DNA from: Kofleriaceae bacterium
Lineage (GTDB): Bacteria > Myxococcota_A > Polyangia > Haliangiales > Haliangiaceae
Assembly (NCBI GenBank): GCA_965215005.1
Contig: CBDCCZ010000049.1
Coordinates: forward strand, 160,001 to 224,000
Reading direction: 5' to 3'
Length of the DNA: 64,000 bases
Shown here: positions 1 to 12,500 of the stretch, in pieces
Layout: every line of letters begins with the position of its first letter
How positions within the stretch are numbered: the first letter of the stretch is position 1
Translations under genes and position numbers: made by a program
Notes under the pieces: model-generated
Databases searched by the model: none
What the model saw: the letters and a program-made list of their open reading frames with translations, nothing else
Told to the model about the DNA's origin: nothing

Positions 1-12
1 TAGTACGTCCCG

Positions 13-3225
<3,213 letters not shown>

Positions 3226-3229
3226 TCAG

Positions 3230-3727
3230 ATGGCAGACAAGTATCCCATGACGCCGGCAGGCGCGGAGTGGATGAAGGCGCGCCTCGACCATCTCAAGCG
3301 CGTCGAACGTTTTAGTAACGCCAAGGCAATCGAGGTGGCGCGCGGCCACGGCGACTTGTCTGAGAATGCCGACTACGACGCCGCCAAAGAAGAGCAAGGC
3401 ATGATCGAGGCTCGCATCCGCGAGTATGAGGCGAAGCTGGCGCTTTCCGAGGTCATCGACCCAACTAGCCTCAGCGGTGACAAGGTCATGTTCGGCGCCA
3501 CCGTCACCATTCAAGACGCGGAAAGCGGCGAAGAGAGCACCTACACCATCGTGGGCGAGCACGAGGCCGACATCAAGAAGGGCCGCATCTCCGTTGGTGC
3601 GCCCGTGGCCCGTGCGCTCATCGGCAAGCACGTGGGCGATGAAGCGGTGGTGCAGACGCCAAAGGGCAAGCGCGAGTTCGAGATCATTAACGTCGACTGG
3701 CTTGCCGTCGGACCTCCCGACGCCTAG
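3230..3727 (+). CDS. greA: Transcription elongation factor GreA
   Basis: ARGHGDLSENADYDAAKEEQG and ISVGAPVARALIGK motifs; ATG at 3230 just after the carB stop; carB-greA synteny. Confidence 0.97.
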   Translation: MADKYPMTPAGAEWMKARLDHLKRVERFSNAKAIEVARGHGDLSENADYDAAKEEQGMIEARIREYEAKLALSEVIDPTSLSGDKVMFGATVTIQDAESGEESTYTIVGEHEADIKKGRISVGAPVARALIGKHVGDEAVVQTPKGKREFEIINVDWLAVGPPDA

Positions 3728-3994
3728 GGGTCACGGCGTGCCCCGGAGCTCCTCGCCGCGGGTTTGGCAACGCGAAACACCGGCACCCCGATGCGGAGCA
3801 TGGGACGCGGTTCTCGCTGCTCGCGCTTTTCCTTCGGGTTCTCTCCGCTTCGCTTGCCGCGGTTCTATTCAGTGACCCACGGCTTCGGCCCTGAACCACA
3901 TGCGGCTGATGAGGAGACTCCGTCACTCTCACGACAGCTGCGCGAATGAGGCCGCAGCGGCCCGCAGACACTTCTCCTCGCCAGCGCGATAGAC

Positions 3995-4252
<258 letters not shown>

Positions 4253-4255
4253 CTA

Positions 4256-4271
4256 AGCAGACTTCGTGCCG
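4256..4271 (-). promoter_or_regulatory. Putative sigma54 (-24/-12) promoter
   Basis: Minus strand reads CGGCACGAAGTCTGCT, exact GG-N10-GC spacing, 24 nt upstream of the ATG at 4231. Confidence 0.6.
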
Positions 4272-4286
4272 AGCTCAGGACCAGGC

Positions 4287-5321
4287 TCATTCCTGCGATG
4301 CCGCGGCGGTCATCGCGCGGTCCCAAGCGATTCCCGCGTTGCCGTGAAAGTCTCGCTCGGCGTACGCGTCTAGCGACTCGGGAGACGCGTTACCGGGCTT
4401 CCCATTGGCAGATAGCGGCTGTTCACCGGCTTGCGGATCTACCGGCGCGCCCGTGTCCCAGAATTGCCCCTCGAGCGAGCGGTTGTACCAGCTCGACGTG
4501 CCGCCCGCGGCTGGGCTCTTTTGCAGCTGGAAGTGCAGATGAGGGCCGCATGCCCAGCCAGTTTGGCCGCTGTAGCCCAGCACCTCGCCGCGCTCCACCC
4601 GCTGCCCCGGCTGCACCGTGCGGTCGTCGGCGGCCATATAACCGAGGTGCAGATACAGCGACTCGACGCCGTCTCCGCGGTCGAGCACCACGTAGTTGGC
4701 ATCGCCGGCGGCCGAGCTGTCACACGCGCCGCGGCGGCTATCGAAGCGAGCGAGGCGCACTACCCCAGCGTGCGCTGCGAGCACGGGAGTACCGGCAGGG
4801 AGTGCTAGGTCCCACGCCCACGCGCCATTCCCGAGGTGACTCCCGCTGTGATGTCCTTGGCTGACCCGGTACCGCTCGCCCGCCTGCCATGGCAACAGCA
4901 ACCGATGGAGACTGTCGCAAGCTTCCAAATCCGCACCGACGGCCCAACCGTGCTGGCCGCCAAAGCTGACCTCGTACCACGGCTCCGCATCATTGGCGGG
5001 TCCCTCGAGCACGACGACCCGTGCACCTCGTGGCAAGTGCATCACCGCGGCGGTGTCGCTCCGCGGCGCGTCGCGCAGCGCCGCTTCGTCCTTCACGCAC
5101 CAATACACCGAGCCCTCGGTGTCCTGCGCCTCCGAGCCCGGCGCCGCAACCTCGACACCCTCATCCTCAACGGGTGTCGGCATCGCTACCCCGGCTCCTT
5201 CGTTGCCGTCGTCAGCCAGCGGCTCCGCAGAACAGGCGAACAGGTGAGTCGCCAGAGCCCCCACGACAGCCGCGCACGATGGCCTTTGCCACATGGTGCG
5301 ACCTTCCGATGCAACGGTCAT
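4287..5321 (-). CDS. M23 family peptidase with SH3-like domain, probable lipoprotein
   Basis: HLGNGAWAWD, YLHL, GQTGWACGPHLHF M23 motifs; LRDAP...WYEVSFGGQHGW SH3b-like segment; LFAC lipobox-like. Confidence 0.88.
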   Translation of the reverse strand: MTVASEGRTMWQRPSCAAVVGALATHLFACSAEPLADDGNEGAGVAMPTPVEDEGVEVAAPGSEAQDTEGSVYWCVKDEAALRDAPRSDTAAVMHLPRGARVVVLEGPANDAEPWYEVSFGGQHGWAVGADLEACDSLHRLLLPWQAGERYRVSQGHHSGSHLGNGAWAWDLALPAGTPVLAAHAGVVRLARFDSRRGACDSSAAGDANYVVLDRGDGVESLYLHLGYMAADDRTVQPGQRVERGEVLGYSGQTGWACGPHLHFQLQKSPAAGGTSSWYNRSLEGQFWDTGAPVDPQAGEQPLSANGKPGNASPESLDAYAERDFHGNAGIAWDRAMTAAASQE

Positions 5322-5636
5322 GCCGTGGACAAAGCACTTCTAACGTAGGGAGAATCTGCACGTTGAGCCCCAGCCGTCGTCGCAGGCGGGGACGACGCGT
5401 GCCCCGGCAGCTCATCTGGTCACCAGCGGCCGACCCCTGCGACCGCTGCTGAGCGACATCTCGAGCTGCGCCTCCTCCACCGCGTCGCGTCGAATTTACG
5501 CGGGAGTGAAAGCGCCCGAGCTGTGCTCGGACGCATGAGCAGCTCGCCCACGACGTCTCGAGGAGCGTGACGCCTTGCCAGTAATCAGGCCGGGCCGCCA
5601 ATAGTTCAGACGCAGCTTGCGGGAGCGTTGTCTAGC

Positions 5637-6332
5637 TTAACGGATTGGGGAATGCTTGAAGGTCCAGCCGAGAGCGCGCAGGTCACGCATGAGCATGTCC
5701 ACGATCACCTTGTTGACGTTGAGCCATTCCGTGTGCGTAGCACCCGAGGGCGTGACCACATCAACCATGGACGGCTCGACCACTTCTCCGAACAGCGTGG
5801 GGCCGAGTCCCAGCGTGAGCCTACTGCCGCGGTCGAGGTTCGTACCACAGACGATCTGACACCCAAGTCCACCATCGGTGACGAGCCACCACGTCTGAGT
5901 GCCGTCGAGGTCCGGCGCCGGCTCGAGATGGTAGCGGGGACTTATGACCCCGTCTTCATTCATGACGACCGGCTCATTGGTGCGCGCGCTCGGCGGCAGA
6001 ATGATGCGGACACCGGCTGTGCCGGATCCATCGCGGATGGAGGTGAACTCCCAAGTACCTTCCGCGTCCCCGACAGCTTGTTCTATCGCCGGTTTGAGCT
6101 GCGGTAGCAGCGGCGCTTTGGCGTCCACGTCGATGTTAAATGGGGTGCTACTCCCGGGGACTAGGCCCCATTCTTCGACACTCATCAGGTATCCGACAAA
6201 GTCAGAGGGACGCCACCAACTCCATGTCGCTGCGAGCGTTGCAGTTAAGAGGCTCGGGCTCCCATCGTCGTGAGCCGCCGTGAGCATGCGCGCAGGAGCG
6301 CGAATTCGGATGTCGTAGGCGTCGGGGGTCAT
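5637..6332 (-). CDS. Putative immunity protein of the orphan toxin module (paralog of 7817-8515)
   Basis: ATG overlaps the orphan toxin stop (ATGA at 6332-6329); clearly homologous to the 7817-8515 product; alternative start at 6350. Confidence 0.7.
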   Translation of the reverse strand: MTPDAYDIRIRAPARMLTAAHDDGSPSLLTATLAATWSWWRPSDFVGYLMSVEEWGLVPGSSTPFNIDVDAKAPLLPQLKPAIEQAVGDAEGTWEFTSIRDGSGTAGVRIILPPSARTNEPVVMNEDGVISPRYHLEPAPDLDGTQTWWLVTDGGLGCQIVCGTNLDRGSRLTLGLGPTLFGEVVEPSMVDVVTPSGATHTEWLNVNKVIVDMLMRDLRALGWTFKHSPIR

Positions 6333-7401
6333 GGGCTCACTACTCTCCATTCGTTGCTGGCGTCGCGTCGGAACGTCCGAGCAATGCCACCATCCATGCG
6401 GATGACGACTTCAGACACCCGTTGGGCGCCGGGTGGTTTGTTAAGGCGTGACATGTTTCGCAGATCGCGGAGGAGTTCGTTGAACCAGTCAACAGGTGCC
6501 CTCACGTCTCGCCAGCCGCCCCCGCCATCGGGACGCGCCGTGTGTTGGAGGCCGGCATCGTCCACTCGTCTACGGGTGTCGCCACCACCTGGAAGCCCCC
6601 CCTGCGCCGACCGCAGCTCCGCATCGAAGGTGCCATAAACCACCACCCGATAGTCGCCTTCGGGGCTGCTATCGAACTTCTGTAGACCCTCACTCATCTG
6701 CTTGGTGAGATCAGCGGCGCTGCTTACCGGAGCGCGGACGCTCTTTATCTCCGTCAGCTGGCCCGAGGCGGTCCGGAGGTCCGCGTTGAAATCTTTCGTA
6801 CCGGTCCGATGCTCGCCAAGGATTAGTGTGTCGTTGTGGGCTAGGGCGGCGAGCTGGTGGCGGGCTTCGATGAGCTCGTTGAGCAGGTCGGCGCGCTGGT
6901 GGGCGGCGTCTGGGGTGTCGGCTGTGATGCCGTTGATTTCGGCGAGGACGGCGTCGATGTCGCGGACGCGTGGATCGCTGGCGAGCTGGTGCAGTAGCGT
7001 CGGCAGCTCGGCGGCGTCGATGCCGCGGGTGGCGAGGATGGCGACGTCTTGTTGGGCGCGATCGAGGAGGCGGCCGGCGTCGCTGCCGCTTCCGCCGCGT
7101 TCGGCGTAGGCGGCGACGGCGTCCGCGCGGGTGGCGCGCGCGTCACTGCCGGCAGGCGCTTCTTCGAATCTGCCGTCGACGAAGCGGCGCGGCGGCAGCT
7201 CGGCGCCGTGCGCATCGAAGCGTCGCGCGCGTCCCACCGAAGGGACGCCGCTGTCGTCCAGGACCCAGCGATAGCCCTCGGGGATGGCGTTGGCGTCGGG
7301 GCCGTAGCGAAATTCGGCTTCGAGCGCAGCGGTCCAGCCGCTTGGCAGCGGCTCGAGGCGATGCGCTGCGTGGCCGCGCTGCGCGAGCAGCTGCTGATGG
7401 C
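6329..7401 (-). pseudogene. Orphan toxin C-terminal module (no N-terminus, no native start)
   Basis: Open frame matches the last ~356 aa of the 1735-aa protein; in-frame TAA at 7411-7409 just upstream; the ORF-track start at 7237 is an internal Val GTG. Confidence 0.85.
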
Positions 7402-7816
7402 AGCGGGTTTACGCTAGCGACAATGCCGCGGGCGAGACCGGCTCGGTCTTAGCGAAAGCGTCGTGATCGCGAGACGGTCGAGCGTAGCCGTGATTGCGGC
7501 TGTACCGTCTCTAGCGTCGAGCGCGCGCTACCACGTCGGCATGGGCATCGGCATCGGGCGCGCCGCGCGCCGAGCATGCACGGTTCATCGGGGCTCGTTT
7601 TTCGGCCAGGCGATGGCATGCACTCGCCGAGTCTCGCATCACACCGTCGAGCCGTGTAGGTGTCGCTTACGCGTTGAGACCTCGCGGAAATCAACGCGCG
7701 CGATCCACGTTCACGTGCAAGCGTAGCTCGCCCGCGGTGTGGAGAAGCGTGACGCGGTTTCTTGGAAGCAAGCGATGTCAACGATGAAGACACGGCTTGC
7801 GGGCGTGGCGGCCAGT

Positions 7817-8515
7817 TTAGCGGTATGGGGACTGTTTGAAGGTCCAGCCGAGCGCGCGCAGATCACTCATGAGCATGTCCACGATCACCTTGTTGGCATT
7901 TAGCCACTCGGTGTGCGTGGCAGTGGAGGGCGTGACCATGTCAATCACGGACGGCTCGACTACCTCTTCAAACAGCGTCGGGCCGAGTCCGAGGATAAGC
8001 TCGCTGCCGCCACGGTCGATATCGGTCCCACAGAAGACCTGGCACCCGAGTCCGCGGTCGGCGACTAGCCAACATGTCTTGGCGCCGGCGAGGTCCGGCG
8101 CCGGCTCGAGATGGTAATAGGAGCTGATGGTGCCGTCTTCATTCATGACGACCGGCTCATTGGTGCGCGCGCTCGGCGGCAGGATGATGCGAACGCCGGC
8201 AGTCCCGGATCCGTCACGGATGGAGGTGAACTCCCAGTTACCTTCCGCGTCTCGAATAGCTTGGTCTATCGCCAGCGTGAGCTGTGACGGCAATGGGGCT
8301 TTGGTATCTACGTCGACGTTGAATGGGGTGCTACTTCCGGCGACTGGGCCCCATTCTTCTACGCTCATCAGGTATCCGACATAGTCTGAAGGACGCCACC
8401 AACTCCATGTCGCTGCGAGCGTCGCGATCATGAGGCTCTGGCCCTCGTCGCCGTGAGCCGCCGTGAGCATGCGAGCGGGAGCGCGAATGCGAATATCGTA
8501 AGCGTCGGGGATCAT
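7817..8515 (-). CDS. Putative cognate immunity protein of the 1735-aa toxin
   Basis: Immediately downstream of the toxin with ATGA overlap (8515-8512); GGAG RBS inside the toxin 3' end; co-duplicated with the toxin tip. Confidence 0.72.
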   Translation of the reverse strand: MIPDAYDIRIRAPARMLTAAHGDEGQSLMIATLAATWSWWRPSDYVGYLMSVEEWGPVAGSSTPFNVDVDTKAPLPSQLTLAIDQAIRDAEGNWEFTSIRDGSGTAGVRIILPPSARTNEPVVMNEDGTISSYYHLEPAPDLAGAKTCWLVADRGLGCQVFCGTDIDRGGSELILGLGPTLFEEVVEPSVIDMVTPSTATHTEWLNANKVIVDMLMSDLRALGWTFKQSPYR

Positions 8516-9581
8516 GGATTCACTACTCTCCATTCGTGGGTGGCGTCGCGTCGGAATGTCCGAGAAATGCCACCATCCAAACGGACGACGACCTCGAACA
8601 CCCGTTGAGCACCGGGCGGTTTGTTGACGCGTGACATGTTTCGCAGATCGCGGAGGAGCTCATCGAACCAGTCGATGGGTGTCCCCACGTCTCGCCACCC
8701 GCCCGCGCCATCGGGACGCGCCGTGTGTTGAAGGCCAGCATCGTCCACTCGTCTGCGGGCGTCGCCGCTACCTGGTATCCCCTGCGCCGACCGCAGCTCC
8801 GCATCGAAGATGCCATACACCACTACCCGGTAGTCACCTTCGGGGCTGCTATCGAACTTCTGTAGACCCTCACTCAGCTGCGTGGTCAGCTTTGCCGAGC
8901 TTCTAACCGGCGCACGCACACTCTTCACCTCGGTCAGCTGACCGGATCCGGTCAGCGTGTCTGCCTTAGAATCCTCGGTACCGGTCCGATGCTCGCCAAG
9001 GATTAGTGTGTCGTTGTCGGCCAGGGCTGCGAGTTGGTGGCGGGCTTCGACGAGCTCGTTGAGCAGGTCGGCGCGCTGGTGGGCGGCGTCTGTGGTGTCG
9101 GCTGTGATGCCGTTGATTTCGGCGAGGACGGCGTCGATGTCGCGGACGCGTGGATCGCTGGCAAGCTGGTGCAGTAGCGTGGGCAGCTCGGCGGCGTCGA
9201 TGCCGCGGGTGGCGAGGATGGCGACGTCTTGTTGGGCGCGATCGAGGAGGCGGCCGGCGTCGCTGCCGCTTCCGCCGCGTTCGGCGTAGGCTGCGACGGC
9301 GTCGGCGCGGGTGGCGCGCGCTTCACTGCCGGCAGGCGCTTCTTCGAAGCTGCCATCGACGAAGCGGCGCGGCGGCAACTCGGCGCCGTGCGCATCGAAG
9401 CGTCGCGCGCGTCCCACCGAAGGGACGCCGCTGTCGTCCAGGACCCAGCGATAGCCCTCGGGGATGGCGTTGGCGTCGGGGCCGTAGCGAAACTCGGCTT
9501 CGAGCGCAGCGGTCCAGCCGTTTGGCAGCGGCTCGAGGCGATGCGCTGCGTGGCCGCGCTGCGCGAGCAGCTGCTGATGGC
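7817..9581. repeat. Copy 1 of the toxin-CT + immunity direct repeat
   Basis: Matches 5637-7401; identity ends abruptly after ...CAGCTGCTGATGGC (9581/7401). Confidence 0.95.
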
Positions 9582-12500
9582 GAGGCGAGGCGGCGCGCTC
9601 GGGTGCAATCGGTACGGGGGAGTCGACCGCGGGCGCCTCGCGGGGGTGCTCCCCGGGTCGCGAGCCCATCTGCGCCTGAGCGCCGTGCACGGTGCCGTCG
9701 TCGTCGGCGCGCGCGGCGACGAAGCCAAGGCCCGGCGCGAGGTCGTCGAGGTGCGAGGCGTGCTCGCGGATTTGCGCCTCGAGGCTGGCAATCTGCAGCT
9801 CGATCGATTCGCGCGTGGTGTCGTCCAGGCCGTGCTGGCTGAGGCGCTCGCGAAACTCCGCGACCATCTGCGGCAGCTTTTGCAGCTCGAAGTGGGCTTC
9901 GAACGCGCGGCTCCCAGGCGGGATACGGCCGCCGCCGCGCTTGTACGCCTGCACGCGCTCGAGCAGGTTGCGCAGCGAGCCGGTGAGGCCTTCGTAGCGA
10001 CGCATCGAGCGCAGCGTGGTCTCGTGCATCGCCACCCACTCGAGCGACGCGCTTCGGCCGACCTCGAGCCGCACGTTGGTGATGCCGCCGAGCGCGCCCA
10101 CGTCGTAGGCGATGCGCACGTCGCCGCCGTCGATCCGCACCACCTCCACGGCGAGCGCGCGGGCCACCATGTCGACGTCGGCGTCGGCCATGGCGCGCGC
10201 GCCGCGCTGCGACACGGCATCCTTGAATGCAGCCCGATTCTCAGCCTGGCGATGCGCGTGAATCTCGCCGATATGCCCCATCGCGCGCATGGAGCCGCGC
10301 ATCAGGCCCTGCTGCGCCAAGATGTTGCCGTAGGCGCTCGCCCACGCGTTGGCGGCCTCCTCTTGCACGCGCGAAAGCTCGGCCCGCAGACCCGGCAGTC
10401 GCGGGTCGGATTGGTTGTCGTGCTCGAGCACTTCGACCTGCGCCGCAAGCTCGGCCGCCTGCCGAACCGCGCCAAACCGCACCGTCTGGATCTCTTCCAT
10501 GGCCTGCTGATTGAGCAGCACCACGTCGCCGGCCAGCTCTAGCCCCTCCATCACGTAATACAGCCGTGTTCCCAGCTTTACGGTCCGCGTTGCCTGACCG
10601 ACGTAGGGAAGGATGTCGATGGCCAGCTGACCGATTCCCATCCACACCCGTTCGGTGGTGAGGGTGTCGCGCTCGTAATACGCCACCATCTGCGAGACGG
10701 TTTCGATGCCGTTGTAGGCAACCAGTGCCGGGACCACGACCGGCGCCGTGTAGGGCGCAAAAATCACCACCACCGCGCCGGCGATGTTGACCACCACTTG
10801 CACCGACGGGTCCCATACGGTGCTGCGAACAACCTCCCAGGTGCTGTTGCAGTCGAGGGTGAAGCCAAGAAATCGGCCCGTCGAAATTCCGGCCTCATCG
10901 AGGGTTTCGACGCGCACGCTCATCTGCCCCGATGGATACGATTTACTGAGCTCGACGAAGGTGGCTTCGAGAGCGTCGCGAAACGTTGGACGCACCTCCG
11001 AGTAGCGACTGTTGTCGTTGTCGAAGGCCTGCGTGGTGTCGTGGATGCTCACGCGCCACGCTTGTCCCTGCCGCTGCGCCGTCGCCACCAGCGATAGCTC
11101 TTGTGAGGTCGCGTTGCTGGCGCGCGCCAGGTACGCGCCCTGGATGTATAAAAGCTGCGCTCCCGCGTCCTGCTCTTGTCGGACGCGTTGCTCGGCCTCA
11201 TCCAGCGAGCGCAGATACTCGGCGGCCCACTGCAGCGCTCGCGGATCGGCGCGCCCCGAGTCGACGTATCGCTGAATGCGCTCGCGCTGACCGCGAAGGC
11301 GGTCGAGGTGCTGCGGCGGCGGCATGCCGGGCCCGCATTCGATGGGCAGCGCCCCTTCGACCACCGTGCCGGTCGAACGCGCCGTCGAGTCGGTCCAGCT
11401 GCTATCGGCAAATTCGTAGCTCGCGTCGGTGACCTGCGCCTGGCCGAACATGCCGCCATCAAAGACGCGGCTCTCGAGCTCAGTTAACCGCTCGGACTCG
11501 GTCTTGACCTCGACGTAGATCGAAAACGCGTTGGGGAGATAAAAATGATGTTCGACGAGCGCATTGATCTCGTAGATGCCCGGCCGCTCAAACGCGATCT
11601 CGTAGCGGTCAGGGGCTTCGCTTGCATAATCGCGGTGGCTGGTATGTCCGCGATCGACGATGGGCGCGCTTTGGTTAGGGCCCGAGGCCTCGGTCACCAC
11701 CCACGTCACGTCCACCCACGGAATCGCGAAGGCATCATCCTGGCTGCTCGTGCGAAAGCTGAACGCGGCCTTCTTGCCAGTGAACAGCAGATCGCCGTGA
11801 TTGACGATGGCTCCCTCGACCGGAAACGAGAACGGACGTGCTCGCGCTTGGCCCGCGGCCTCGATGCCCAAGCGCGCGTGCACCTCGCCGAGCTCGATGG
11901 CGTGCATGGCGTTTCGGAACCGCTGCGTCGTCGACATCGGCTGTGTCGGCTCGCCGCCGCTGGTGCGCAGCGCCTCGAGAATGCGCTGCTTGTTCGGGTG
12001 CGCGTCGATCTCGCGCCACACTGCCAGCAGCGACGGCCCCACGTACAGCGGCGTGCCTTCCGGCCGCGCGTCGCCGCCGAGCTCGCGGAGGAATCGCTCG
12101 GCGAAGGCTTTGTCGGCCTCGCTCAGCGATTCATCGACGGTGGCGCCCGCGGAGCCTCCCGATGCGCCGCCGCCCTCGGCCGCCCGAACCTCGAACTCGC
12201 GCCAGGCCTCGGCGCCAAATAATTGAGTGAGCGAGAGCCGGTCGTAATAGACGGCGGCGCCTTGCGCGTGCCGCTGCGCCGGCACGCCGAAGCGCCCCTC
12301 CGCCAGAAGCCGGTTTTTCAGCCCCACGTCCATCGCCAGCGCGGTCTGCCGTTCGAGCGCCGCGAACACCTCCGTGAGCAGCGTTGCCGACGCCTCGCGC
12401 GCGCCGCCATCGGGCATCAGCACCGAGCTTCGCAGGTACACCACGGCCATGCGATCGCTGCTCGCTCCCGCCAGCGCCCGCGGCACCAGCGGAAACTCCC

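Larger units (their letters stand above)
5637..7401. repeat. Copy 2 of the toxin-CT + immunity direct repeat (other copy 7817-9581, offset 2180 bp)
   Basis: Direct comparison; near-identical over 6798-7401 vs 8978-9581 and diverged over the tip and immunity gene. Confidence 0.95.

Noticed and set aside
3900..3950. CTGATGAG resembling a hammerhead ribozyme core
   Set aside because: No GAAA after a stem II and no compatible stems I/III were found.
4287..5321. M23 peptidase as the release factor for the toxin
   Set aside because: Only adjacency supports it; it has its own lipoprotein signal, a 300-bp gap and no holin nearby.
5637..9581. Duplicate pair as a diversity-generating retroelement TR/VR
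   Set aside because: The repeat is 1.76 kb, differences are not adenine-specific, and no reverse transcriptase is in the window.
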